This document shows, one piece after another, positions 1-9,049 of a stretch of DNA of 64,000 nucleotides. The number at the start of each line of letters is the position of its first letter. Within the stretch, counting starts at the first letter, position 1. The DNA is from an uncultured Eubacteriales bacterium (lineage in GTDB: Bacteria; Bacillota; Clostridia; Oscillospirales; CAG-272), in assembly GCA_934401725.1 (NCBI GenBank), contig CAKRSS010000001.1, positions 732 to 64,731 of the forward strand. Direction: 5' to 3'. The translations under genes and the position numbers were made by a program. Under the pieces are notes generated by a model. The model saw only the letters and a list, made by a program, of their open reading frames with translations. It had not been told where the DNA came from and did not search any database.

Positions 1-1
1 G

Positions 2-2377
2 CGAACCCGCTCGCGCGCAAGCGAGAACGACATCTCGGACTACTCAGAGTTTCTCGCCGACGACGGGCGCGACCGCCCCGACCTCTGCTTCTCGCGTAGC
101 GAGAACATACGGCGCGTCAGAGAAGCGCTTGGCAACCTGCCGCCGTCACTCGGCGAGACAGCCCGCCTTTTCTACCTCGACGACTGCAGCGTCAGGGAGA
201 TTGCGGAGCGGCTGTCGTTGCCCGAGGGAACGGTAAAGCGTCGACTGTACGACGCAAGACAAAAACTCAGAAAGGAACTGTACGACATGGACGAAAACAT
301 CATCACTACCGACGAGCTCGAGCGGAAAATACGCCGATACGTCAGAGAGCTAGGCTGCTATAAGCGCCTGAACGGCGGCGTTGACGACACCTACTTTGCC
401 AAAATCCGCGAGATGGAGCAGCTAATCGATAAGCTGCCAGACGACGCGAGCAAAAACTACTTCAAGGCGGACGCCATGGCGTTCGTCGCCTCAAGCGTGG
501 AGGATAAGGAGCAGCGCCATAAGCTGTACGACGAGGCGCGCGAGGTCGGACGCGAGAACGGCAACCTCTCGCTCCTGACGGGCGATATGAATGCAAAACT
601 TCTGAAAATGATCAGCGCGAAGTCTCAGCTGAAATACCTCGACGAGACGGCAATCCCCGAGATTGAGAAGTACCGCGACGCGCCCGACTACGAAAACTCG
701 CTCGGCAAGCTGCTCTGCTGGCGTGCGTGGGTAAGGCTTAAGAACGATGACTGCGACATCACCGGCGCACGTGAGGACGCCGAGCGGGCAGTCCGGCTCA
801 TCAGAGATGACCATGCTATGAACGCTGTCGCCCGGGCGGCGGTGCGAGCCATCGACCTGATACGCAAAAACGCGGCCTTCGAGTGCGCAGCCATCAGCGC
901 GGTCGGCGAGAGACTGGTCAGATCGGGCGCCAAGCTGAAGTATGCCGAGCAGCCGGGATTCACCTATCACAAATACTCATACGCCAATAAGCTGAACTTC
1001 TTTTCACTCTTTTTCTACGCCTCGCGCGTCAGTGATACCATGTTTGACTCGGCCATGAAGCCGGGAGACACAACAGAGGGCAGCGACGGAGCGACGATGA
1101 CCTGCGTCGCCTGTGACGAGCATGTCACAGCACCCGCCGGCGAGTGGGACGGCTGTGTTCACTACCGACTCCAAAACGTTCGCCGCCCCACGTACGGCAA
1201 ATGTGAGATAGATACGTGGTATCGTGCGGGCGTCGGGCTTGTGCGCCTGACTGCCGAGCGTGAAAACGGCCGGAGGGAGGAGTATCTGCTGTCCGATTGC
1301 CGCATAAACGGCGGGACGGGACTGCTTCCGATTACTGTCGGAAACCGCTGGTTGTATACGCCGGTCGATTGCCTGCCTGACTGGAGCTATTGCCACATCG
1401 AGCGCAGCGTGACACACGTTGAGGACGAAACCGCAATAGTGGCAGGAGCCACCGTCGTGGGAGTGCGGCGCGAGTGCGTCGAGCACATGGAAACGCTCGA
1501 CTCCGACGCCTGCGTGCTCATCGGCGACATGATGTGCGACCGCTGGCAGATAGACGACGCGCTCGGCGCTATGCGCGCGGCAGTACGCGCCAATACGTCG
1601 GCCAAGGCGGTCGGCGCGGCGCTCGCGGGCATCGAAACGCTCACAAGATTTGCCGATTACCAAAAGCGCGGCTACCGCATCTGCCCGTCGTCTGTCAGCA
1701 CGCAGCGGGTGCTCGTCGACAACGGCAGAATCACAACCGAGTACGGCAACTATTCGTTCGCCCCCTATCAGCTTGGCAAGCGCGGACGCTATGAGGACAG
1801 AATCTTCGGCATAAAGCCGCTGCGCTACCTTCAGATGCTCGCAGGCTGCCTCTGGAACCCTGAGTGGAAGCCGGGGTATACCGAGCGGCGCGAGGTGCCG
1901 GGACGCGACGGCGAGGTCACGATAAAGGTCGAGGAGGGCGGTACGGTAGAGACGCCCTGCGGAACATTCCACGACTGCCTCAAGCTGACGCTCGAGGCGG
2001 AAAAGGAGGGCATGGAGCCGGGCTACTACTTCAAGGATCGTTACTCGTACATGTGGTGCGGGCGTAAGGAGTTCTGGTTCGCGCCGGGTGTGGGACTTGT
2101 GCGGCACGTCTGCACGTGGGGCGACGTTATAAGCTCCGAGGCAGTGCTGACGGCCTTTTGCCAGCCCGCGTCGGACGGACGCGAGTACTATCCCATGCAC
2201 CTCGGTTCGCGCTGGGAGTACGAGGAGGCCCACCTCGCCTCCGAGGGCTACCGCGCCGCGAACATCATCGCGGTTCAGAGCGGCGTCTGCGGACGGTATG
2301 ACATAACGACTGCGCAGGAATTCGTCTACCTCGGCAGCGTCGAGAATTACGAAAAGCTGCCCCGTATGCTGAAATAA
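2..2377 (+). CDS. ECF-type sigma-70 family factor (5' end outside window) fused to a ~690-aa soluble C-terminal domain of unknown function
   Basis: The frame is open from nt 2. Translation upstream of the track ORF reads ...ETARLFYLDDCSVREIAERLSLPEGTVKRRLYDARQKLRKEL, a sigma region 4.2 HTH. The M at 218 is an internal TTG Leu. The following ~700 aa contain no hydrophobic helix. Confidence 0.7.
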   Translation, partial: RTRSRASENDISDYSEFLADDGRDRPDLCFSRSENIRRVREALGNLPPSLGETARLFYLDDCSVREIAERLSLPEGTVKRRLYDARQKLRKELYDMDENIITTDELERKIRRYVRELGCYKRLNGGVDDTYFAKIREMEQLIDKLPDDASKNYFKADAMAFVASSVEDKEQRHKLYDEAREVGRENGNLSLLTGDMNAKLLKMISAKSQLKYLDETAIPEIEKYRDAPDYENSLGKLLCWRAWVRLKNDDCDITGAREDAERAVRLIRDDHAMNAVARAAVRAIDLIRKNAAFECAAISAVGERLVRSGAKLKYAEQPGFTYHKYSYANKLNFFSLFFYASRVSDTMFDSAMKPGDTTEGSDGATMTCVACDEHVTAPAGEWDGCVHYRLQNVRRPTYGKCEIDTWYRAGVGLVRLTAERENGRREEYLLSDCRINGGTGLLPITVGNRWLYTPVDCLPDWSYCHIERSVTHVEDETAIVAGATVVGVRRECVEHMETLDSDACVLIGDMMCDRWQIDDALGAMRAAVRANTSAKAVGAALAGIETLTRFADYQKRGYRICPSSVSTQRVLVDNGRITTEYGNYSFAPYQLGKRGRYEDRIFGIKPLRYLQMLAGCLWNPEWKPGYTERREVPGRDGEVTIKVEEGGTVETPCGTFHDCLKLTLEAEKEGMEPGYYFKDRYSYMWCGRKEFWFAPGVGLVRHVCTWGDVISSEAVLTAFCQPASDGREYYPMHLGSRWEYEEAHLASEGYRAANIIAVQSGVCGRYDITTAQEFVYLGSVENYEKLPRMLK

Positions 2378-2513
2378 TAAAATATCCGCCCCTCCGCGCT
2401 CGGCGCGGAGGGGCAGCGGACAAATTGTCTTTATAATAGGGCTCCGGTGTGCGATGTTTAATTGCATGCTGGGGCCTTATTATGAAGATTTGCTGAATTT
2501 GTCCGCTTTTGTG

Positions 2514-2542
2514 TTGACGGATAATGAAAAATCAGATATAAT
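2514..2542 (+). promoter_or_regulatory. sigma-A-type promoter TTGACG-17-TATAAT
   Basis: The hexamers at 2514-2519 and 2537-2542 have a 17-nt spacer. The promoter lies inside the 5' part of track ORF 2454..3407, which argues for a later start. Confidence 0.5.
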
Positions 2543-2618
2543 TGTCAATAGTGTTACCGCGCAGTGTGCCGATTGCGCGGCGGCGTGTAAAAACGAGGAC
2601 GTGAAGGGAGGTGTCCGT

Positions 2619-3407
2619 GTGGCAGAGCGCAGAAGCGACCCGTGGGCGATAGCAAGACGACTGCTTGCGTCGGTATTGCTTGTGGGCGGGGTCATTCTTG
2701 TCGGTTGGCTGGTGCTGCGGCAGGTCGGGTGGCATTCGCTGTCCCGCGAGCAGCTTCAGGACAAAATCGCCTCATTCGGCGCATGGGCGCCGCTTATATT
2801 TATACTTCTTTCTTTTTTGCAGGTGACATTCATCCCCATTCCGAGCACCGTCACCATACTTGCGGGGAACTACGTCTTCGGCTCGTTGCGCTCGAGCGTA
2901 TACTCCTGGATCGGTATTATGGCGGGCTCGATACTCGCCTTCTGGCTCGGACGGCTGCTCGGGCGGCCGTTTGTCAACTGGGTGTTCGGCAGCCGCGAGA
3001 AGGCGGACGAAATGCTCTCCAAGCTGCACGGGCGCGAGGTCGTGCTGCTGTTTTTCATGTTCCTGCTGCCCATGTTTCCCGACGACGCGCTCTGCGCGGT
3101 TGCAGGGCTTTTGCGCGTGAGATTTCTGACGTTTGTCTTTATGCAGGTGCTCTCGCGCACCGTCGCAATTGCGGGGACGCTGTTCTTTATGTCGGGCGAG
3201 GTGATACCGCTGCATGGGTGGGGGCTGGTCGTTATAGCGCTGGTGGCGGTGCTGTCGCTGGTGGCGTTTGTGCTGGCCTACCGGCACGCCGAGACCTTCA
3301 ACGCCGTGCTTGACCGTATATCGGACAGGTTCGCCGGCGCGGCGCGCCGCGCTGCGCGCAAAACGCGCGACAGGGTCAGACATCGCACGGGTCACGACGA
3401 GAAGTGA
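2619..3407 (+). CDS. TVP38/TMEM64 (VTT/DedA-like) family membrane protein
   Basis: Translation shows multi-TM segments with LQVTFIPIPSTVTILAGNYVFG and FLLPMFPDDALCAVAGL motifs. A GTG at 2619 sits 7 nt after GAAGGGAGG and downstream of the promoter at 2514. Confidence 0.7.
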   Translation: MAERRSDPWAIARRLLASVLLVGGVILVGWLVLRQVGWHSLSREQLQDKIASFGAWAPLIFILLSFLQVTFIPIPSTVTILAGNYVFGSLRSSVYSWIGIMAGSILAFWLGRLLGRPFVNWVFGSREKADEMLSKLHGREVVLLFFMFLLPMFPDDALCAVAGLLRVRFLTFVFMQVLSRTVAIAGTLFFMSGEVIPLHGWGLVVIALVAVLSLVAFVLAYRHAETFNAVLDRISDRFAGAARRAARKTRDRVRHRTGHDEK

Positions 3408-3442
3408 TTCAAACGCCGAAATTACTTATCCGGAGGTCAGTT

Positions 3443-3937
3443 ATGGACATAAAAACAAGAGACATTGTAGGCAAAAACTACTCGGGAACCACGCGGCGTA
3501 CAAGGCACGCTGCTTACGCCGTCGTTGTCGACGGCGGCCGGGTGCTGCTTTCACACGAGGTCAACATCGACCGGTGGACTCTGCCGGGCGGCGGCGCGGA
3601 GGGGCGCGAGACGCCCGAGGAGTGCTGCGTGCGCGAGGTGGAGGAGGAGACGGGGCTTATTGTGAGCCCCAAGCGCCGCTTCATTGTCATCAACGAGTTT
3701 TACCGGGATTGGAAATTCGAGTGCAGCTTTTTCGAGTGTGAGGTCGTGGGCCGCACCGAGAGGAGGCTGACGGAGCGTGAGCTTGCGGTCGGCGCGACGC
3801 CGGAGTGGATAAGCATCGACGAGGCGGCGGACATTTTCTCGCGTCATGAGGACTACGCCGCGACCGACGAGGAGCGCAGGGGAATATATTTGCGGGAATA
3901 TATCGCAATTTCAGAATTCAGGGGTGAGTCAGTATGA
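3443..3937 (+). CDS. NUDIX hydrolase
   Basis: The Nudix box GGGAEGRETPEECCVREVEEETGL is present. The ATG at 3443 is preceded by GGAGG. Confidence 0.8.
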   Translation: MDIKTRDIVGKNYSGTTRRTRHAAYAVVVDGGRVLLSHEVNIDRWTLPGGGAEGRETPEECCVREVEEETGLIVSPKRRFIVINEFYRDWKFECSFFECEVVGRTERRLTERELAVGATPEWISIDEAADIFSRHEDYAATDEERRGIYLREYIAISEFRGESV

Positions 3938-4683
3938 ACTACATAAGGATTACAAAGGAAAACATTGACCGCGAGCACATCTGCTGCGCCATGTCGGGCA
4001 AGCAGAGCGTGGCCAAGAAGGAGTGGATGAAGGACAGGCTTGACGAGGGACTGGTTTTTTACCGCAGCGAGGAGCGCGGCAAGTGCTTCATCGAGTACAT
4101 TCCGGCGGAGAACGCCTGGGTTCCCATCGAGGCCGCGGGCTGGATATACATCAACTGCCTGTGGATTGCGGGCTCGATGAAGGGGCACGGCTATTCCAAC
4201 GACCTGTTGAACGAATGCATCCGCGACGCCGCGTCGCAGGGCAAAAAGGGGCTCTGCATACTTTCCGCCGAGGGGCGGAAAAGGGAATTCCTCGCCGACC
4301 CCAAATACCTCGCCTACAAGGGCTTCACCGTCGCCGACACGACCGACACGGGTATTACGCTGATGTCCCTGCCGCTGACCCCCGACGCCGAGCCGCCGAG
4401 GTTTTGCGAGTGCGCCAAGCACCCACGCGTGCCCGGGAGCGGCTTTGTGCTGTACTACACCGACCAGTGCCCGTTTACATATTACTGGGTTCCGCGGGTG
4501 CAGCAGGTCGCAGAGGAGCACGGCATTCCGCTCAGAGTCATACACATAACGGACAGGAAATCGGCGCAGAGCGTGCCCGCACCCGTCACGACCTACGCGC
4601 TGTTCCGCGACGGAAAGTTTTTGACGCAGGCAATTCAGTCCGACAAGAAGTTTCTCGCCATAGCTGGCGTGAGTGACAAATAA
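3934..4683 (+). CDS. GNAT-type N-acetyltransferase with YoaP-like C-terminal domain
   Basis: The N-terminal region (GWIYINCLWIAGSMKGHGYSNDLL) looks like an acetyltransferase. The C-terminal QCPFTYYW...TTYALFRDGKFLT resembles B. subtilis YoaP. The start overlaps the previous stop (ATGA). Confidence 0.6.
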   Translation: MNYIRITKENIDREHICCAMSGKQSVAKKEWMKDRLDEGLVFYRSEERGKCFIEYIPAENAWVPIEAAGWIYINCLWIAGSMKGHGYSNDLLNECIRDAASQGKKGLCILSAEGRKREFLADPKYLAYKGFTVADTTDTGITLMSLPLTPDAEPPRFCECAKHPRVPGSGFVLYYTDQCPFTYYWVPRVQQVAEEHGIPLRVIHITDRKSAQSVPAPVTTYALFRDGKFLTQAIQSDKKFLAIAGVSDK

Positions 4684-4710
4684 AGACGGCCGCACAGGCG
4701 TGCGGCGAAC

Positions 4711-4738
4711 AAAAAAGCACCGCCCACCAGGCGGTGCT
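4711..4738 (-). terminator. Rho-independent terminator after gap
   Basis: The stem AGCACCGCC/GGCGGTGCT (4716-4724/4730-4738) is preceded on the + strand by AAAAAA, which is a T-run on the - strand. Confidence 0.6.
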
Positions 4739-4763
4739 TAATTTATGCCTACTCGGCAGGTAC

Positions 4764-5795
4764 TCAGTTGAGCTCTGCGAAGTACTTGATGGTGCGAACC
4801 ATCTGGCTGGTGTAGGAGTTCTCGTTGTCGTACCAGGAAACGACCTGAACCTGATAAGTGTCGTCGTCGATCTTAGCGACCATGGTCTGGGTAGCATCGA
4901 ACAGGGAGCCGTAACGCATACCGATAACATCGGAGGAAACGATCTCGTCCTCGTTGTAACCGTAGGACTCATTGGAAGCGGCCTTCATAGCGGCGTTGAT
5001 GCCTTCCTTGGTAACATCCTTGCCCTTGACAACAGCCACGAGAATGGTGGTGGAGCCTGTGGGGGTAGGAACACGCTGAGCGGAACCGATCAGCTTGCCG
5101 TTCAGCTCGGGAATGACAAGGCCGATAGCCTTAGCAGCACCGGTGGAGTTCGGAACGATGTTCTGAGCGCCGGCACGGGATCTTCTCAGGTCGCCCTTTC
5201 TCTGGGGACCGTCAAGAATCATCTGGTCTCCGGTGTAAGCATGAACGGTGGTCATGATACCGGACTGGACGGGAGCATATGCATTCAGAGCCTGAGCCAT
5301 GGGCGCGAGGCAGTTGGTGGTGCAGGAAGCAGCGGAGATGATCTTGTCCTCGGAGGTCAGGGTGTTGTGGTTGACGTTGAAGACTATGGTCTTGAGGTCA
5401 TTTCCGGCAGGAGCGGAGATAACAACCTTCTTAGCGCCGGCGTTGATGTGAGCCATGGACTTCTCCTTAGAGGTGTAGAAGCCGGTGCACTCCAGAACGA
5501 CGTCGACATCCAGCTTACCCCAAGGGCAGTTGTTGGCATCCTTCTCGGCGTAGATCTTGATCTCCTTGCCGTCGACGATGATGGAATCCTCGGTAGCTGA
5601 GACAGTGTGCTTCCCCTCGCCGATTCTGCCGCAGAAAGAACCCTGAGCGGTATCGTACTTGAGCAGGTGAGCAAGCATCTTGGGGCTGGTGAGGTCGTTG
5701 ATAGCGACTACCTCATAACCCTCAGCGTCGAACATCTGACGGAAAGCCAGACGACCGATACGGCCGAAGCCGTTAATAGCAACTTTAACAGACAT
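4764..5795 (-). CDS. gap: glyceraldehyde-3-phosphate dehydrogenase
   Basis: Translation starts [19 protein letters not shown] and includes SCTTNCLAP. The true ATG is at 5795 behind a GGAGG RBS. The track ORF start at 5882 is an upstream extension. Confidence 0.95.
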   Translation of the reverse strand: MSVKVAINGFGRIGRLAFRQMFDAEGYEVVAINDLTSPKMLAHLLKYDTAQGSFCGRIGEGKHTVSATEDSIIVDGKEIKIYAEKDANNCPWGKLDVDVVLECTGFYTSKEKSMAHINAGAKKVVISAPAGNDLKTIVFNVNHNTLTSEDKIISAASCTTNCLAPMAQALNAYAPVQSGIMTTVHAYTGDQMILDGPQRKGDLRRSRAGAQNIVPNSTGAAKAIGLVIPELNGKLIGSAQRVPTPTGSTTILVAVVKGKDVTKEGINAAMKAASNESYGYNEDEIVSSDVIGMRYGSLFDATQTMVAKIDDDTYQVQVVSWYDNENSYTSQMVRTIKYFAELN

Positions 5796-5870
5796 TTTGG
5801 AAATCCTCCATATTAATAATTTTGATTTTTCGAACACTTGTGGGAGGAAATCATTCCCACCCAAATACAT

Positions 5871-5899
5871 ATTATATCGCAAAACTTCCGAATATACAA
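5871..5899 (-). promoter_or_regulatory. candidate gap promoter TTGTAT-17-TATAAT
   Basis: This is a reverse-strand reading, with the -10 at 5871-5876 and the -35 at 5894-5899. Confidence 0.45.
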
Positions 5900-5987
5900 G
5901 GGTTTCGTTGAAATTTTATCAAATACCGTTAGTTTGCAAATGATTTTGGCTTTGAAAACGCAGTTTGTGTGCAAAATCACAACAGTC

Positions 5988-6794
5988 TCAGGGGCGATGG
6001 GGCTGTTTTTGCGCTTTTGCGAGCCTTGTGCGGTGTCTGCACTCCCGCAGCGTCAGGCGGACGAAGGCGGGAAGCGCCGTGGCGCGGCGCAGTCTTGACG
6101 GGTCGGAGGCGATGCGCCACAGCCATTCGAGCCCCATGCGGCGGACGGGCGCGGGCGCTCTTCTGACGCAGCCCGCCCATACATCGACAGAGCCGCCGAG
6201 CGCCATGGCGAGACGGACGGAGGTCAGGCGGTGGCGGTTTTCGATTATCCAGCGCTCCTGTCGCGGCGAGCCGAGGCAGACGATGAGCAGTCCCGCCCCC
6301 GAGGCGTTGACGGACTCGACTATGGCGTCGTTTTCGCTGCCGTCCGGGTCGAAGTAGCCGTGGTGCGCGCCGCTGACGACGAGCCCCGGAAAGCGGGCGC
6401 GCAGCGCCTCGGCCGCCATGTGCGCGACGGGCGGCTGCTCTATTCCGCCGAGCAGGTAGACTCCGACACCATAGCGGGAGGCAAGCGAGAGCGCCGCCTC
6501 GCCGAGCTCGATGCCGGGCAGGCGCTCGGGCAGCGGAGTGCCCAGCCGCCGTGCCGCCCAGACGGTGCCGACGCCGTCCGCGACGTTGAGGTCGCCGGAA
6601 TTCAGCAGGCTGTTGACCTCGGGGTCGGCGACGCTGCGACAGAGCATCTCGGGGTTGGGGGTGAAAACAGCCTCGGGACGGGGAAGTCGGTGTGTCAGCG
6701 CGCGCTCGAGACGCGCGGTGGCCTCCTCGCGGTTGACCTTGTCCAGCCGCACGCCGAGCACCGTTACCTGTCCGGGGTAGTACATTTCGTCCAT
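5988..6794 (-). CDS. tagA: WecG/TagA/CpsF family glycosyltransferase
   Basis: Translation shows VNADGVGTVWAARRLG, GGIEQPPV, CLGSPRQERWI and RMGLEWLWRIASDPSRLRR. An AAGGAGG RBS precedes the start. Confidence 0.8.
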   Translation of the reverse strand: MDEMYYPGQVTVLGVRLDKVNREEATARLERALTHRLPRPEAVFTPNPEMLCRSVADPEVNSLLNSGDLNVADGVGTVWAARRLGTPLPERLPGIELGEAALSLASRYGVGVYLLGGIEQPPVAHMAAEALRARFPGLVVSGAHHGYFDPDGSENDAIVESVNASGAGLLIVCLGSPRQERWIIENRHRLTSVRLAMALGGSVDVWAGCVRRAPAPVRRMGLEWLWRIASDPSRLRRATALPAFVRLTLRECRHRTRLAKAQKQPHRP

Positions 6795-6809
6795 TTTGTT
6801 TTTTCCTCC

Positions 6810-6838
6810 TTGACAATGAGACGGTTATGATATATAAT
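6810..6838 (+). promoter_or_regulatory. perfect-consensus promoter TTGACA-17-TATAAT upstream of proS
   Basis: The hexamers are at 6810-6815 and 6833-6838. Confidence 0.6.
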
Positions 6839-6940
6839 AAACTATTATTAGAATGAGTAAATGTCTTCATATTATGCAGACAGGTTTGCGGCAGCACCGG
6901 TGCGGTGTAATACACTGCCCAGACTACGAAAGGCGAAAAA

Positions 6941-8380
6941 ATGGCACAGGATAAAAAAATGGTAGAGCAGATCACGTCCATGGACGTTGACTTTGCTCAG
7001 TGGTACACCGATGTGGTGAAGAAGGCAGAGCTTGCCGACTATTCGGGCGTAAAGGGGTGTATGGTCATCCGTCCCTACGGATACGCTATCTGGGAGAACA
7101 TTCAGCGCGACCTCGACGCGAGATTCAAGCGTCTGGGGCACGAGAATGTCTACATGCCCATGTTCATCCCCGAGTCGCTGCTCCAGAAGGAGAAGGATCA
7201 CGTTGAGGGCTTTGCGCCCGAGTGCGCGGTCGTGACTATGGGCGGGCAGACGCAGCTTTCCGAGCGTCTGATTGTGCGTCCGACGTCCGAGACGCTGTTC
7301 TGCGAGCACTACAAGAACATAATTCACTCCTACCGCGACCTGCCCAAGCTGTACAACCAGTGGTGCAACGTCGTGCGCTGGGAGAAGACGACGCGTCCCT
7401 TCCTGCGTACCTCCGAGTTTTTGTGGCAGGAGGGTCACACCATGCACGAGACGGAGGAAGAGGCGCGCGAGGAGACGCTGCGCATGCTCAAGTGCTACGA
7501 GGACTTCTACCGCGAGTCGCTGGCGATTCCGGCGGTTGTCGGTCGCAAGACCGAGAAGGAGAAGTTTGCGGGTGCGATGGAGACCTACACCATCGAGCCG
7601 ATGATGCACAACGGTGTTGCGCTTCAGGGCGGAACGTCGCACTATTTCGGCGACGGATTTGCGCGCGCGTTTGACATCACCTACACCGACCGTGAGAACA
7701 AGGTGCGCTATCCGCATCAGACGTCGTGGGGGGTATCGACGCGCATGATAGGCGCCATTATCATGACGCACGGCGACGACAACGGACTTATTCTGCCGCC
7801 TGCCGTAGCACCCATACAGGTTGCTGTCATTCCGATTGCGCAGCACAAGGAGGGCGTGCTTGAGGCAGCCGGCAGTCTGCGCGAGCGGCTTGCGGACAGG
7901 TTCCGTGTCAAGCTGGACGACAGTGAAAATTCGACCGGCTGGAAGTTTTCACAGTACGAGATGAAGGGAGTACCGGTTCGTCTGGAGCTGGGGCCGCGCG
8001 ACATTGAGTCGGGCTCCTGCGTGCTTGTCAGCCGTGTGACGCGCGAGAAGGTAGTTGTTTCGCTTGACAACATCGATGAGGCGGTTGCCGAGGCTCTGGC
8101 ACGCGTTCACGACGAGCTTTACGAGCGCGCGCTTTCCAATCTTCACAACCGCACTCACGACGCGCATTCCTACGAAGAGTTCCTTGACATTGCCGAGAAG
8201 CAGTCCGGCTTTATCCGTGCCATGTGGTGCGGTGACTCCGCATGCGAGGACAAGCTCAAGGATGTGACCGGCGGTGTCAAGTCGCGCTGCATACCCTTCA
8301 GCGAGGATCACATCTCCGACGTCTGCGTCTGCTGCGGCAAGCCCGCCAAGCACATGGTCGTCTGGGGGAGACAGTATTAA
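6941..8380 (+). CDS. proS: proline--tRNA ligase (archaeal/eukaryote-like type)
   Basis: The 479-aa product reads [35 protein letters not shown]...RPTSET...WGVSTRMIG and ends with a C-terminal Zn-like CVCCGKPA. Confidence 0.95.
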   Translation: MAQDKKMVEQITSMDVDFAQWYTDVVKKAELADYSGVKGCMVIRPYGYAIWENIQRDLDARFKRLGHENVYMPMFIPESLLQKEKDHVEGFAPECAVVTMGGQTQLSERLIVRPTSETLFCEHYKNIIHSYRDLPKLYNQWCNVVRWEKTTRPFLRTSEFLWQEGHTMHETEEEAREETLRMLKCYEDFYRESLAIPAVVGRKTEKEKFAGAMETYTIEPMMHNGVALQGGTSHYFGDGFARAFDITYTDRENKVRYPHQTSWGVSTRMIGAIIMTHGDDNGLILPPAVAPIQVAVIPIAQHKEGVLEAAGSLRERLADRFRVKLDDSENSTGWKFSQYEMKGVPVRLELGPRDIESGSCVLVSRVTREKVVVSLDNIDEAVAEALARVHDELYERALSNLHNRTHDAHSYEEFLDIAEKQSGFIRAMWCGDSACEDKLKDVTGGVKSRCIPFSEDHISDVCVCCGKPAKHMVVWGRQY

Positions 8381-9006
8381 GGGAAGTTCCGCCGTTTGCG
8401 GGCGGTCAGCGCGGGGGATTCCGTGCTCTGCGGAGCACGGCCAGCGCTACGCGGCGCTGGACCCGCGCCGCCTCCCCAAAGGCGGGCGAAACTTTCACAA
8501 ATTTGGGCGAGTTAAAGTCTGCGAACGGACGTGACGTACGGCTTTGGGCGTTTAAGTGCAGGCGTTGCGGCATCACGCAATAGACCAGCACCGCCCTGCT
8601 TCGCGTCCGGTGCCCATTCGGGACAGGGGAAGGACGTTTGTATAGCATGTCCTGTGCGCTGTCGCGCGAAAAGTTAGTCCGCCTGCGGCGCATGGGGGCC
8701 CGTTGCGCGCTGACCGCCGCAGGCGGGGTATCTTTCCCGCGGTAGCGCACCGGACGCGAAGCAGGGCGGTGCTGAACTATAACGTGATGCCGTATCGCAC
8801 GCACTTAAACGCCCAAAAACGACGTCCCGGTATGCCAAAGATTCTGACCCGCCCATTTTTGAAAGTTTTTGCGGGTTCTTAGGGAGCTTTTTTCAAAAAG
8901 CTCCCTAAGCGGGGTTCGGGGCAGAGCCCCGAGAACAATTGGTTCTCGCTTGCTTCATTCCGTCGTCCCGCCCCCTTGGTGTGGTTCGGGGCAGAGCCCC
9001 GAGAAA
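8381..9006. repeat. composite multi-hairpin intergenic repeat element, copy 1 (contains a foldback insertion)
   Basis: It shares a 33/33-nt block (8487-8519) and a 30/33-nt block (8843-8875) with the reverse complement of 51360-51392 and 51285-51317. It also shares the homologous hairpins 8421-8440, 8441-8460, 8468-8485, 8878-8909, 8917-8931 and 8987-9001. Confidence 0.85.
8543..8817. repeat. long imperfect inverted repeat (71-nt arms, 63/71 complementary) around a 133-nt centre
   Basis: The arms are 8543-8613 and 8747-8817 and align ungapped. The centre holds a perfect 12-bp stem, 8669-8680/8715-8726. Confidence 0.9.
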
Positions 9007-9049
9007 AGCCACTTTGGACGCTGGCGGAATAATTATTTAGGAGGTAGTC

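Noticed and set aside
2389-2415. Hairpin CCCCTCCGCGC-TCG-GCGCGGAGGGG after the sigma-fusion gene.
   Set aside because: The stem is strong but is not followed by a T-run on the + strand. The A/T run lies on the wrong side. I left it uncalled.
1004-2467. 487-aa ORF antisense to the sigma-fusion gene.
   Set aside because: This is a typical shadow ORF of GC-rich DNA. It is rich in Arg/Ala/Gly/Leu, has no RBS and no motifs, and the sense strand carries a recognisable sigma HTH.
6839-6940. T-box leader upstream of proS (and of leuS).
   Set aside because: Only ~100 nt separate the promoter from the ATG. I saw no T-box/antiterminator sequence or terminator hairpin. leuS overlaps rsfS and has no leader at all.
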